A DNA stretch of 63,960 nt, filler included, from Lentisphaeria bacterium (GTDB lineage: Bacteria > Verrucomicrobiota > Lentisphaeria > JABSQK01 > JAWLHB01), in the NCBI GenBank assembly GCA_041690595.1. It is 3 parts of 3 records of this genome, joined end to end, with 100 filler letters (N's around TTAATTAATTAA, not from the genome) between each part and the next. Parts side by side here need not be neighbours in the genome. Positions count along the whole stretch, not along the records: positions 1 to 28,481 come from JAWLHB010000067.1; 2 more parts are not named here. One strand, 5' to 3'. How positions within the stretch are numbered: position 1 is the first letter of the stretch; every line of letters starts with the position of its first letter. Below, one piece after another: positions 10,297 to 20,635 of this stretch. A program made the position numbers and the translations under genes. The notes beneath the pieces were generated by a model. The model ran no database searches and was not told the origin of the DNA. It was given only the letters and a program-made list of their open reading frames with translations.

Positions 10297-11455
10297 CCTT
10301 CAGGAGCCCGTAGCGCTCGCTACCGAGGATCGCCCCGTCAAAGGCAAGCAGCTCCTGCGGGATCGGATTCGCGATCAGGTCGTCGCCATGATCCAGGCGG
10401 AGAAGCTGGAGATCGGCGATCGCCTTCTGCCAGAACAGCAGCTCGCCAAACGCTTTGACGTCAGCTTCCTCACGGTTCGCGCTGCCCTGGAGGAGCTTGC
10501 CGGTCAGGGCATCATCGAGCGGCGGCCGGGCAGTGGCACCTTTCTGAAGCGCCGGCTCCTCCCCACGAACTCGCTCAGCACCGTGGCGGATCGTATGGTG
10601 GCGGTGGTCATGGCCACCAGAGGCCATTTCTACGACGACCTGAATCAGGGAATCGTCAGCCAGTTGCAGGCAGGCGCCTATATGCCGGTGGCCCTGGCGT
10701 GGGAAGAGAATGAAACGAAGGCCGAGCGGGAGGCGCTGGAAGCGCAGCTCCGGGAGCTTGCGGCCCTCGGCTGCCGACGCATCATCCTCGTCTCGCTCGT
10801 CAACACGGCCGGCGGCACAATTCAGAACGACGAATTGCGGGAATCGGTGCTCGCCGGCTTTGACCAGCGGGTGCAGGTCGGCAGCCTGACGCAACCGGAT
10901 CCAACCCTGGGCATGCACTGGGTAACCTACGATGTCCGCGCGGGCCACCGGCAAGTGATCGAGCACCTTGCCGCCCGGGGGCATCGCCGCATCGCTTATC
11001 TCGCGGTCGATACAACGTGCGACCACATCTGCTACGAGAACAACCGCATCTATGTCCGCGCCTATACCGACGCCATGATCGAGGCCGGCCTGGCAGAGCA
11101 TATCCGGGTTCAGCACTTCTCCGTGCTCAACGAAGATGAACGGTTGCGGACCGAACAGCTGCGCCTGCTGCTCGAAAAAGAGGCGCCGACCGCCATCTTC
11201 GCCATGATGGATTACCGCGGGCTCCTCGCCCGCAAGGCCCTTCTCGAACTGGGGCGTCGCGTCCCGGAGGAGATCGCCCTCGTCGGTTTCTACAACACCC
11301 CCTGGTCCAAGCATGAAGAGATGACGACCGTCGATGTCAATATCAAGGATATGGCCAAAGCTGTTCGCGACATGATCGAGCTGCCCATCACCACCCCGGC
11401 CCGCACCCGCCTCGTACAACCCTCCCTCATCGTGCGCGCCACGACCGGAGGCTGA
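10280..11455 (+). CDS. GntR-HTH/LacI-type sugar-binding transcriptional regulator
   Basis: [27 protein letters not shown] plus [32 protein letters not shown]. Confidence 0.9.
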   Translation: MSGPGNLQEPVALATEDRPVKGKQLLRDRIRDQVVAMIQAEKLEIGDRLLPEQQLAKRFDVSFLTVRAALEELAGQGIIERRPGSGTFLKRRLLPTNSLSTVADRMVAVVMATRGHFYDDLNQGIVSQLQAGAYMPVALAWEENETKAEREALEAQLRELAALGCRRIILVSLVNTAGGTIQNDELRESVLAGFDQRVQVGSLTQPDPTLGMHWVTYDVRAGHRQVIEHLAARGHRRIAYLAVDTTCDHICYENNRIYVRAYTDAMIEAGLAEHIRVQHFSVLNEDERLRTEQLRLLLEKEAPTAIFAMMDYRGLLARKALLELGRRVPEEIALVGFYNTPWSKHEEMTTVDVNIKDMAKAVRDMIELPITTPARTRLVQPSLIVRATTGG

Positions 11456-11578
11456 ACGGACGGCACCCCGCCCGGTGTCCGCCAACTTTTCATGGCTTCC
11501 CCCTCTTGATATCGGCCGTAGTAGCGCTTTACTATCTGAAAAGCTGTTTGTACACTCGAACACAGGAAGGGAACGCCA

Positions 11579-12607
11579 ATGGATGCTATCACCAGTCTGC
11601 CCAAGTACGAGCGTGTGGCGGCGCGGGTGCGTGAGCATCTGGCGCGAAGCAACCTCATGCCGGGCGACCAGCTGCCGTCGCAACGCACGCTCGCGGACGA
11701 GCTTGGCGTGAGCCTCTCCACCCTCAACAAAGCGTTGTCGGTGTTGACGAGCGAAGGGCGCTTGCGCAAGGAACATGGTCGGGGCACCTACCTGGCAAAG
11801 GCGCCGGAGCCGAACCTCTCGCGGCCGATCGCCCTGATCATGGAAGTGGCCGTGGATCACCTCCAGGAACATGTCTTCTATGGAACCCTGTTGAGCGAAC
11901 TGAGCCGGCTGGCAAACGCCAGAGGGTGGGGCTTCCAGTTCTTTCAGGTCACCCCCGCGAAGAACAATCCCCATCCCCTGACCGCCAACAGTAACCCGGC
12001 GCTGGCCCGCCTCATCGACGAGGAAGCCGTGGGCGGCCTGATCCTGCTGGCCTGGAACCCCTATCTCTATCTGCGCGACCTGAGTCAGCTTGCCATCCCC
12101 TATGCCTGCCTCACCAGCAACTGGCTGGAAGATGTTAACTGCATGGTTACCATCGATGCCTTCGCCCTGGGAAAAGCGGCCGGCAACTACCTGATCGGCC
12201 GCGGTTGCAAAAGCATCGCGCTCGCCGACAGGATGCCCCAGCTTTCGATAATCGAAGGGCTGCGGGCTGCATGCCTGGAGGCTGGCGACACCGTCTCGAT
12301 CCGCTTCTTCACCAGCTTCGAGGAGGCGCTGGCGGGAGCCGACGGCGTCTTTCTGACGGATGACTACTATGCCTTGCAGCAGGCCCGCATTCTGATGGAA
12401 TTGCCAAGCGTCGAGCGCATCGTGGTCTGTGCCAATGTCGGCATGCACTTCCCCCGCGAGCTGCCCCGCATCAATACCAATGGCGCCAATGTGGCCGAGG
12501 CGCTCTGGAAAAGCCTGGTCGCTCAACTGGATGGAACCGATCCAGAACCAGCGTCCGTCCTTGTCCCCCCCGGCCCAGTCGTCCTTCCGTCATGCGACAA
12601 CCTGTAA
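11579..12607 (+). CDS. GntR-HTH/LacI-type transcriptional regulator
   Basis: PKYERVA..PGDQLPSQRTLADELGVS..GRGTY followed by a periplasmic-binding-like domain. Confidence 0.88.
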   Translation: MDAITSLPKYERVAARVREHLARSNLMPGDQLPSQRTLADELGVSLSTLNKALSVLTSEGRLRKEHGRGTYLAKAPEPNLSRPIALIMEVAVDHLQEHVFYGTLLSELSRLANARGWGFQFFQVTPAKNNPHPLTANSNPALARLIDEEAVGGLILLAWNPYLYLRDLSQLAIPYACLTSNWLEDVNCMVTIDAFALGKAAGNYLIGRGCKSIALADRMPQLSIIEGLRAACLEAGDTVSIRFFTSFEEALAGADGVFLTDDYYALQQARILMELPSVERIVVCANVGMHFPRELPRINTNGANVAEALWKSLVAQLDGTDPEPASVLVPPGPVVLPSCDNL

Positions 12608-12623
12608 CCATCGAGGTAAAAAA

Positions 12624-13973
12624 ATGATGACGAAAACCAAGGCTCTCCTGATCGCGCTTGTCGGCGTCTGGCTTGGCATTTCCATGGCCGTTGCCGAACC
12701 GGAACAGCCGGCCGACATCCACCCCTTCTATGTCGAGACCATCGCCACCTTCAATTCCGCGGTCTCGGGGGTGCCCCAGTTTGTCATCGACAACCCGAAA
12801 GAAGTCCGCACCCTGAAGGTTCACGGGGAGCGGGGAAGCACCAGACTCATCGCCGACGCCGAAAGCGACCTGACGGGCTGCCAAGGGCACTGGAACGGCA
12901 CCATCCGACACGATGACGGCACCTACGCCATCTACTCCGTCGAGTCCGTCGACCCGGAAAGCCGCCAGATCGTCATCTATCCCCCCCTGCGGAAAGCGGC
13001 GACCAAGGGACAGTTGTCCAACACTTACGACGCGGACAGAGGCCAGCACTATACCGATGTCGGCTACTATGCACTTGCCCGCCACATCTACGGCTATGGA
13101 CGCGAGACCGCCTACCGGGAATCCTTCATCTTCCGCGACAACGTCGACTCCGAAAACTCTGCCTGGACGACCTCGGGCGGCTGGTTCGGGCCCGCGCATC
13201 GACTCAATACCTTCAGCTATCGCCATCCCCAGGGCACCTTCTTTCACTCCACCGCCATCAGCACACGCCACTTCTCCGCCTCCCCCGGCAACCGCATGAC
13301 CATGAACGTCGAACTTGAAGGCAAGAGCGGGTACCTCGAAACGACGGTCGGGCTGGCCGGCGGCCTCGGCCCCATCCACGTCGCGGTCACCATCGACGGG
13401 CAGACCGTCTATGACAACCAGAAGATCATCGGACTGGAGCGCATCACCGTTCCCTTCACGGCTGCCCGTGCGGGGAGTATCGAGATCGTCGCCGGCGGCG
13501 AGGCGGCTTCGCAGATACGCGTCGGCGCAACCACCTGGTGGAGCTACGGTGACCCCGATCGCTACCGGAACCGCCCCCTCTTTCCGGCCGACTCCAAAGT
13601 CGTCCTCTACGGCGACTCCTGGGGCGTCTTCTATGATTCTGCCCTCTTCCGCGAGCTGCAATCGCTGCTGAAGCAGGACAACTCCACCATCGTCAACAGC
13701 AGCGTGGGCGGCAAGACCGCGGCTTGGGCCATCGAGAACTTCGATGAGCGCGTCCTCGCGCACGACCCCGACATCGTTATCGTCGAGTTCTTCACCAACG
13801 ATCATAATCAGGTCGATTTCGCGACCTGGAAGGCCAACATCCGCGACTTGTGCAAGCTGGCCATCTCCCACGGCATCACCCCCATCGTCATCCTGCCCGC
13901 ACCCACTGCTTCCATCAGCCAGGCCCAGGAACACATTCGATGGAACGGCGAGTTCGTCAATATCGACTACTGA
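12624..13973 (+). CDS. Secreted protein with C-terminal SGNH/GDSL hydrolase domain
   Basis: GAGG upstream of ATG 12624; signal peptide; YGDSWG, NSSVGG, EFFTND blocks; C-terminal DxxH not seen. Confidence 0.75.
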   Translation: MMTKTKALLIALVGVWLGISMAVAEPEQPADIHPFYVETIATFNSAVSGVPQFVIDNPKEVRTLKVHGERGSTRLIADAESDLTGCQGHWNGTIRHDDGTYAIYSVESVDPESRQIVIYPPLRKAATKGQLSNTYDADRGQHYTDVGYYALARHIYGYGRETAYRESFIFRDNVDSENSAWTTSGGWFGPAHRLNTFSYRHPQGTFFHSTAISTRHFSASPGNRMTMNVELEGKSGYLETTVGLAGGLGPIHVAVTIDGQTVYDNQKIIGLERITVPFTAARAGSIEIVAGGEAASQIRVGATTWWSYGDPDRYRNRPLFPADSKVVLYGDSWGVFYDSALFRELQSLLKQDNSTIVNSSVGGKTAAWAIENFDERVLAHDPDIVIVEFFTNDHNQVDFATWKANIRDLCKLAISHGITPIVILPAPTASISQAQEHIRWNGEFVNIDY

Positions 13974-14005
13974 TCTCAAATCGTCACACCTCAAGGGGGA
14001 AAACT

Positions 14006-15976
14006 ATGCATATTCCGAAATGGAGCCTCTTCTATGACTTTCACACGATGCCCGCCTGCCCGGATGTCGGCAAGTACTTCGATGTCGAGGCCTTTGTCGC
14101 CCATCTGAAGGCGTGCGGCGTCGACTTCGTTGTCTTTCCCGCGCGCTGCAATCTGGGCATGGCCTATTACGACACCAAGGTCGGCATCCGCCATCCCTCC
14201 CTCGACTACGATCTTCTCGGCCGCCTGACCGCCTGCTGCAAGAAGAACGGCATCGCCATCTCGGCCTACATCAACGTCGGGCTCAGTCACGAGGAAGGCT
14301 CGCGGAACCGAGGGTGGCTCAAACTCATGCCCGAGGGCGAGGTCTACTCCGCCGACAAGATGAACAGCTTCTTCCGCCTCATGTGCTACAACACCGGCTA
14401 TGCCGAGCACCTGCTCGAGATGGTGCGCGAGGTCGTCACCAACTACCCCGTTGATGGTCTCTTCCTCGACTGCCTCCACCAGAAGCCATGCGTCGGCGCC
14501 GAATGCGTTCGCGAGATGAAGGAGCGCGGCATGGACTGGAACGATCGCCGGCAGCAGGAGCAGTTCGCTCATGAGTCGCAGGTGAGGATCTGCCGTCGCA
14601 TCTCCGAGGCCGCCCGCTCCGTGCGCGACGACCTCCTGCTCTACTTCAACGGGGTCGCCTTCGAAGAACAGGCGGACATTGGCACCTACGTCGAGTACGA
14701 GTGCCTGCCGACCGGCGGCTGGGGATACGAGATGCTTCCCTACTTCGCCCGCTATCTGCGCAATCTGGGCAAGCCCGTTCTCAACATGACCGGGCGCTTC
14801 CATGAATCCTGGGGCGACTTCGGCGGCATCCGCACCGAAGCCAGCCTCGAGTACGACCTGCTCTACGGTATCGCCAATTGCCTGCCGCCCACCATCGGCG
14901 ATCACTACCATCCTCGTGGCGATGCCAATCCTGCCGTCAATGCGCTGGTCAGGAAGCTCTACACACGCCTGCGCAAGCTCGAGCCCTGGATGGATGGCGC
15001 CACCGCCCTGACCGACATGGCCGTCGTCTTCCCCCGCGGCTTCCACAGCTGCCACATGGAGGAGTTCGTACCCGCCGTCTACTCCGTCTCCGGTGCGACC
15101 CGCATGCTCTGTGAAGAAAAACAGCAGTTCGACGTGCTCACCGGCAACCTCGACCTCAGCGGCTACCGCCTGCTCATCCTGCCCGACGATGTCAAGGTCG
15201 ATGACAAGCTGAAGCAGAAGCTCCGCGCCCATCTGGACGCGGGCGGCAGCATCATCGCCTCCGCGAAGTCCGGTCTCGACCTCGAAGGTAAAGATTTTGT
15301 CTTTCCGGAGTGGGGCGTGAGTTTCGAAGGCGAGAGTCCCCATGATCCCGCCTTCATCCGCGTTGGCGAGGCCATGAACGAAGCCTTCCCCGACATGCCG
15401 GTTGCCATGTACGACCGGGGCATCACCATGGGGGCGAATGACGGTACCGAAGCCGCCGCCACCATCGTTACCCCCTTCTACAACCAGCAATGGGATGGCG
15501 AGCATGGCTTTGTCTATCTTCCCCCGGATGCGGAGACGAACTCGCCGGCGCTGACCTTCACCGGCCAGGTCGCCCACTTCAGCCACCCGCTTTTCATCTC
15601 CTATCACCGGCACGCTCAGGTGCCCATGCGGCAACTCCTCGCCAACGTCCTCCGCCGCATGCTGCCCGAGCCCTTGGTCAAGGCTGAAAAGCTGCCCTCC
15701 TTCGCCCGACTCACGGTCACGGTCCAGGCCAGGCGGCGCATGGTCCACCTGCTTGCCTACGTGCCCGAACGGCGCGGCGACAAGATCGACATGATCGAAG
15801 AGCCGATCACCCTGCGCGACGTCAAGGTCGCCCTGCGTCTCGATGGCCGACCCCCCGCGAAGGTCTACCTTGCTCCCGGTGGCGAGCAGCTCCCCTTCGT
15901 CATCGCCGATGGCTACATTCAGGTCACGGTTCCAGAAGCGGCTGGCTATGCCCTGATCGTCTTCGAGGAGCCATGA
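14006..15976 (+). CDS. GHL6/GH151-like glycoside hydrolase (putative alpha-L-fucosidase) with GH42-type trimerisation domain
   Basis: YDFHT, HPSLDYDLLG, VDGLFLD, ECLPTGGWGY, MTGRFHESWGDFGG; GGGGG upstream of ATG 14006. Confidence 0.85.
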   Translation: MHIPKWSLFYDFHTMPACPDVGKYFDVEAFVAHLKACGVDFVVFPARCNLGMAYYDTKVGIRHPSLDYDLLGRLTACCKKNGIAISAYINVGLSHEEGSRNRGWLKLMPEGEVYSADKMNSFFRLMCYNTGYAEHLLEMVREVVTNYPVDGLFLDCLHQKPCVGAECVREMKERGMDWNDRRQQEQFAHESQVRICRRISEAARSVRDDLLLYFNGVAFEEQADIGTYVEYECLPTGGWGYEMLPYFARYLRNLGKPVLNMTGRFHESWGDFGGIRTEASLEYDLLYGIANCLPPTIGDHYHPRGDANPAVNALVRKLYTRLRKLEPWMDGATALTDMAVVFPRGFHSCHMEEFVPAVYSVSGATRMLCEEKQQFDVLTGNLDLSGYRLLILPDDVKVDDKLKQKLRAHLDAGGSIIASAKSGLDLEGKDFVFPEWGVSFEGESPHDPAFIRVGEAMNEAFPDMPVAMYDRGITMGANDGTEAAATIVTPFYNQQWDGEHGFVYLPPDAETNSPALTFTGQVAHFSHPLFISYHRHAQVPMRQLLANVLRRMLPEPLVKAEKLPSFARLTVTVQARRRMVHLLAYVPERRGDKIDMIEEPITLRDVKVALRLDGRPPAKVYLAPGGEQLPFVIADGYIQVTVPEAAGYALIVFEEP

Positions 15977-15981
15977 TCACC

Positions 15982-16019
15982 CCTGGCGCTGCCTGTGCCC
16001 AAGCCCAGGCAGCGCCAGG
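15982..16019 (+). terminator. GC-rich stem-loop after the GH151-like gene
   Basis: Perfect 14-bp inverted repeat CCTGGCGCTGCCTG / CAGGCAGCGCCAGG, 10-nt loop; no U-tract. Confidence 0.5.
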
Positions 16020-16134
16020 AAACTCCTGAGCCAAAGGAACCTGCATCAGCAAAAGCGACTCCAAGCTGCAAGGATGTGGCGTCCCGGCGCTGCACGTAGT
16101 CAGGTGACAACGCTAGCGGCAGCAGAGAGAGTCC

Positions 16135-18972
16135 ATGGCAGCTTTATCATTTCGAGCGATCCACGAGGAAGTATTCGAGACCGTCGTCGTGGGGACCGGC
16201 TTCGCCGGTTTTGCGGCGGCGCAACGGCTCTGGCTGGCGGGGCGGCGTGTCCTGCTCCTGGACCATCGTGGACGCGGCGATCTCCTCTACGAATGCAGCC
16301 GCGCCTTCGCCACCGAGTTGCAGCCCTGCGAAGATCCAGCCTGGATGGCCCTGCTCGCCGACCTGCGGGCGGCAGGTGCGGCCAACCCCTCACGCCTGGA
16401 TGGTGCCCTCACCGAGATTGTCGCCACCCGGTGGATCCGCCAACAGCAACTGCCCATTCTCTACTATACTGTTCCCATCGCCGCGGAATGCGACGCCGAT
16501 GGTCTTCTTGCCAGTCTGGTCGTCGGTTCCAAGTCCGGGGCGCGCCGCATCATGGGCCAGCACTGGATCGATGCCACGGGTGAAGGCCTCCTTCCCGCCC
16601 TGCTCGGCCAGCGGCCGACCCTGACCCCCACGGGCTGGTGCGCCGCCATCCACCTCCAGGGCGGCACCTGGGATCTCGATGAATGGCAGCAAACCGCTCC
16701 GGAGATGACCCTTTCTCTCCACACTGGCCTCTGGCCGGAAGAGCGCATTCTGCAGGTGCAGTGGGACGACGACACCATCGACTGGTGGCAACGCATCGAG
16801 CCGGCCCTCCGGGCGCTGCACCTCGCCTCGCCCGCCGTGGCGCGGAGCAGCCTGGTCAGCCACCTCAGCAGCGAACCCTTGTGCAGCCACCGGCTGAAGA
16901 TCGGCGGACACCTGCCGCCGAATGTCGTCGTGGCAGGCCTTGGCGACGCGCCGCCGGTCGGCCTTACCGATCGCTTTGTCTCCGGGCTGGACGCGGTCGA
17001 TCGCCTGACTGACGCGCCGCCAGCCGATGCCCGCGCCTTCGACGAGCATCCCCTGCTGCGGACTCCCCCCGATGACATCATCATCTGTGACGTGCTGGTG
17101 GCCGGCGCGGGCACTGCCGGCGCGATTGCGGCAATCAGCGCCGCCCGCCACGGTGCCCGTACCCTCTGCGTGGAGCCCCTCAACTTCGCGGGCGGCATCA
17201 GTACCGGCGGCGGTATCCATTCCTATTACTACGGCTTCCCCGGCGGAGTGCAGAATGAGCTGGATGAACGCGTGCAGCAGGCGATGCCCCTCTTCGCCGG
17301 CAGCCGCAAGCAGGTCCAGGGCTTCCACCCCGATGCCAGAAAGATCGTCCTCCATGCCATGCTTCGCGAAGCAGGCGTCACCCTCCTGACCGGAGCGACC
17401 CTCATCGATGTCACGACCCGCGCCGGCTGGGTCGAGGAGGCCTTCGTGGCGCATTCCGCGCGCCTCCTCGCCATCCATGCTCATAGCCATATCGACTGCA
17501 CCGGCGATGGCGATCTCGCCGCCGGGGCGGGCGCCGATTCGCTCTTCGGCCGCCAGGGCGATGGCAACCTCCACGCCTACAGCCAGTCCTCCGGCCGCCT
17601 CCGCCGCCTCGATCAGGAGCGGCTCGGCATGGTCTGCGTCAATTTCGATGCGGGCTGGGTCGACCCAACCGAGATCGAGGACCTCACCCGGGCGCGCCTC
17701 GACGGCATCCTGCACTACTGGGAGAAGACCTTTTCGGCCGATTCGCGGCCCACCTATATCGCCCCGGCCATCGGCTTGCGCCAGGGCCGTCAGATCGTCA
17801 CCGATTATGTGCTCACCCTCTCGGATCTGGTCGAGCAACGCCACTTCTCCGACGCCATCGGGCGCACCGGCGCGCATTATGAGAACCACGCCGTCGACTA
17901 CGAGTACGAGAGCGACGAAGCCCTCTTCTGGGTCTGGGGCTGCCACGCGTGGCGGCTGCGCACCTATTGCGAGCTGCCCTACCGGATCATGTTGCCGCGG
18001 GGGTTGGACAATGTCTGGATCGCCTGCCGCGCCGCCGGGGTGAGCGCCGATGCCCATCACTCGATGCGCATGCAGCGCGACATGCAGCGGCTGGGTGAGG
18101 CTGCCGGCATCGCCGCCGCCCTGGCCGTAAAGGCCAATCGAGGCTCCCGCGAGATCCCCTGGCCGGATCTCTCCGCGGCGCTGCACGCCACCGGCGCCCT
18201 CGATCCGCGCAAGATGGCCGACCGTCATGACTTCGGTATCGTCCTGTCGCTTGCGGATCTTCCCTCGTCGGCACAGGCCGCCGCGACACCCGAGCAGGTT
18301 GCCGCCGGCATGGAAGCGGTGCGCGAGGGTCGCATTGGCCCCGGCCTCTGGTACGTCTATCGCGCCGACCCGCTGCCGGCGGAGCTGGAGAGCCTCCTCG
18401 CAAGCGAGAATTCCGATACCTCCTGGTGCGCCGCTCTGGTACTTGCCATTCGCGGCAACTCCCGGGCCGAGACGCGGCTGCTGTCCGCCATTCGCTCCCT
18501 CGAAGATGCTCGAGACGATAATGGTCAGCGATCCGCCGATCGCCTGGCTCCCCGCTGGCTGGCTGCCCTCGGGCTCCTGCGCTGCTGCGGTACCGCCGCC
18601 TGCATCCCCGTTCTGGAGGAGTTTGCCCGCCGCCCCCGGCTGGCGCTCAATGTCCTGACCACCGTCGCCACCACGACCGAGCGACTGCTGCAGCGCCTGG
18701 GCGCCGCCCCGCTCCGTCCTCTGATCGAACTCCTCCTTCAGGAGCCGGTGGAAGAGCATCGCCTGGCGCCGCAACGCCCCTACCAGTTGCAGCGCCTCGA
18801 ACCCCAGGATTCCCCAACGGCCGAAGCGCATGGGTGGCAGCTTGCCCTGATGCAGGCCCGCCTCGCCGCCGCCGTCGGCATCCCCGCCGATCCATGGCTC
18901 ACCATCGGCCTGGCCGATCCCCGCGCGCTCGTCCGCCGCCAGTTCGCCGCTATCGACTCCCCTGGTACGTGA
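16135..18972 (+). CDS. FAD-dependent oxidoreductase with two FAD_oxidored-type modules and a helical C-terminus
   Basis: Two Rossmann motifs (VVGTGFAG; VAGAGTAG), IDATGEG / IDCTGDGD, PYRIMLP, MRMQRDMQRLGEAAG. Confidence 0.85.
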   Translation: MAALSFRAIHEEVFETVVVGTGFAGFAAAQRLWLAGRRVLLLDHRGRGDLLYECSRAFATELQPCEDPAWMALLADLRAAGAANPSRLDGALTEIVATRWIRQQQLPILYYTVPIAAECDADGLLASLVVGSKSGARRIMGQHWIDATGEGLLPALLGQRPTLTPTGWCAAIHLQGGTWDLDEWQQTAPEMTLSLHTGLWPEERILQVQWDDDTIDWWQRIEPALRALHLASPAVARSSLVSHLSSEPLCSHRLKIGGHLPPNVVVAGLGDAPPVGLTDRFVSGLDAVDRLTDAPPADARAFDEHPLLRTPPDDIIICDVLVAGAGTAGAIAAISAARHGARTLCVEPLNFAGGISTGGGIHSYYYGFPGGVQNELDERVQQAMPLFAGSRKQVQGFHPDARKIVLHAMLREAGVTLLTGATLIDVTTRAGWVEEAFVAHSARLLAIHAHSHIDCTGDGDLAAGAGADSLFGRQGDGNLHAYSQSSGRLRRLDQERLGMVCVNFDAGWVDPTEIEDLTRARLDGILHYWEKTFSADSRPTYIAPAIGLRQGRQIVTDYVLTLSDLVEQRHFSDAIGRTGAHYENHAVDYEYESDEALFWVWGCHAWRLRTYCELPYRIMLPRGLDNVWIACRAAGVSADAHHSMRMQRDMQRLGEAAGIAAALAVKANRGSREIPWPDLSAALHATGALDPRKMADRHDFGIVLSLADLPSSAQAAATPEQVAAGMEAVREGRIGPGLWYVYRADPLPAELESLLASENSDTSWCAALVLAIRGNSRAETRLLSAIRSLEDARDDNGQRSADRLAPRWLAALGLLRCCGTAACIPVLEEFARRPRLALNVLTTVATTTERLLQRLGAAPLRPLIELLLQEPVEEHRLAPQRPYQLQRLEPQDSPTAEAHGWQLALMQARLAAAVGIPADPWLTIGLADPRALVRRQFAAIDSPGT

Positions 18973-18977
18973 CCCGC

Positions 18978-19763
18978 TCACCCCAGCTGCAGTTCGAGCC
19001 CGTCCCAGGCCAGGGCCACGCCGTCGGGCAGCGTCTCCGACGTTTCGCGGTGGCAGCCCATGTGGTGCGTGAGGTGGGTGAGGAAGGTCTGCCCTCCGCC
19101 CAGCTCCTCGGCCATGACCAGTGCTTCTTCCAGATTCATGTGACTGGCGTGACGCCACTCCCGCTTCCAGAGCGCACCGAGGATGATAACCTCCGCTCCT
19201 GCCACGGCGGCCCGTGTCTCGTCCGGAAGCTCTTTGCAGTCGGTCAGGTAGGCGATGCGCCCGGCGGAGCTGCTGAAAAGGTAGCCGGCAATGGGTTCAC
19301 TCCCATGCTGCACGACCACCGGCTGCACCGTCAGCGAGCCGAAAACAAGCGGCTCCAGCCCGATCTCTCGAAGGCTGAACCGCGGCCGCGTCAGTCCCGC
19401 CGGCGCCTCGTGCAGGGTATAGCCGAAGAGCTGTGAGAAGTGGGGCGCAAACTGGCTGGGCAGGTAGACGGGGATCGCATCATGCTGAAGACGATTGTAA
19501 ATGCGCACATCGTCCATCCCGAAGATATGGTCCGCATGCGTGTGCGTGATCAGAAGGGCATCGACCCGCGGCACCTGGGCCCGCAGGCATTGCTGGCGAA
19601 AATCCGGCGTCGTGTCGACAATGAGGTGCACACCCTCGTGTTCGACCCACACGGAGCTTCGCAGGCGACGATCGCGCGGATCGTCGGACAGGCAGGTTGC
19701 GCAGTGGCAACCGATTTCGGGCACGCCGAAGGAGGTGCCACTACCAAGGACATGCAGACGCAA
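18978..19763 (-). CDS. Metallo-beta-lactamase-fold hydrolase (PhnP-like)
   Basis: LGSGTSFGVP.IGC.C..C, THTHADH, AYLTD, THLTH. Confidence 0.9.
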   Translation of the reverse strand: MRLHVLGSGTSFGVPEIGCHCATCLSDDPRDRRLRSSVWVEHEGVHLIVDTTPDFRQQCLRAQVPRVDALLITHTHADHIFGMDDVRIYNRLQHDAIPVYLPSQFAPHFSQLFGYTLHEAPAGLTRPRFSLREIGLEPLVFGSLTVQPVVVQHGSEPIAGYLFSSSAGRIAYLTDCKELPDETRAAVAGAEVIILGALWKREWRHASHMNLEEALVMAEELGGGQTFLTHLTHHMGCHRETSETLPDGVALAWDGLELQLG

Positions 19764-19861
19764 GAAATGCGGGCTCCCAGTTGGAGGTTGTGACGAGGCA
19801 GGATACTATATGCCCATTCGAATCAACTGCGACTGACCTGCGCGCGGGAAGGAGGCATCGG

Positions 19862-20635
19862 GTGAGCGAGGCTTTGCTGCTCAATATCGGAAACACCGCC
19901 AGTTCCCTGGCCATCTGGGAGGGTGGGCTGGTCCGCTCCCTCCTGCGCCAGGAGACCCCCTTGCTGCTCGAGCCCGGCTGGGCGCCTGCCCCCCTGACCG
20001 CGAACCCCGCTCTGCCCATCGTCGCCGCCTGCGTCGTGCCGGCTGTCCGCCAGGCGCTGACCAGCCGTTTCGGCGACCGCATCACCTGGCTGCAGGCCGC
20101 CAACGCGCCGGGGCTCGACTTCTCGCTGGTCGACGCCCGGACCATTGGCGCGGACCGGGTCGCCAATGCACTCGCGGCGGTTCATGGGCGACCGTTGCCC
20201 GCCATCATCATCGATGCCGGCACCGCCATCACCTTCGAGACGGTCGATCAGCGGCGGCACTTCCGTGGGGGAGCCATCCTGCCTGGCCGTCGGCTTTCCC
20301 GGCGGGCGCTGGCGCAGGGAACCGGCCAGTTGCCCGACATCGAGCTGAGCGACGAGCTTCCCGCGGCTCTGGGGAGAACGACCCGCGAAGCCATTCTTGC
20401 CGGGATCGACCTCGGCACCCTCGGTGCCGTCGAACGCTTGTTGACGGCTACCCGCCGGGAGCTTGGCGAGCCCGAGCTCGCAGCCCTGATCGTCGGCGGT
20501 GACCGTCACTTCTTTGCCTCGCACCTGCCCAATGTCGTTCTTGGGCCGGAGGATTTCACCATGCGGGGACTGGGTGCGCTGGCGGAGACGCTGGCCGCTG
20601 CTGAATCCCCTTCCAACGGAGAGCTGCTGCTGTGA
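19862..20635 (+). CDS. coaX: Type III pantothenate kinase
   Basis: NIGNT, IGADR, IIDAGTA.TFE, GGAILPG; GTG start after GGAGG. Confidence 0.9.
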   Translation: MSEALLLNIGNTASSLAIWEGGLVRSLLRQETPLLLEPGWAPAPLTANPALPIVAACVVPAVRQALTSRFGDRITWLQAANAPGLDFSLVDARTIGADRVANALAAVHGRPLPAIIIDAGTAITFETVDQRRHFRGGAILPGRRLSRRALAQGTGQLPDIELSDELPAALGRTTREAILAGIDLGTLGAVERLLTATRRELGEPELAALIVGGDRHFFASHLPNVVLGPEDFTMRGLGALAETLAAAESPSNGELLL

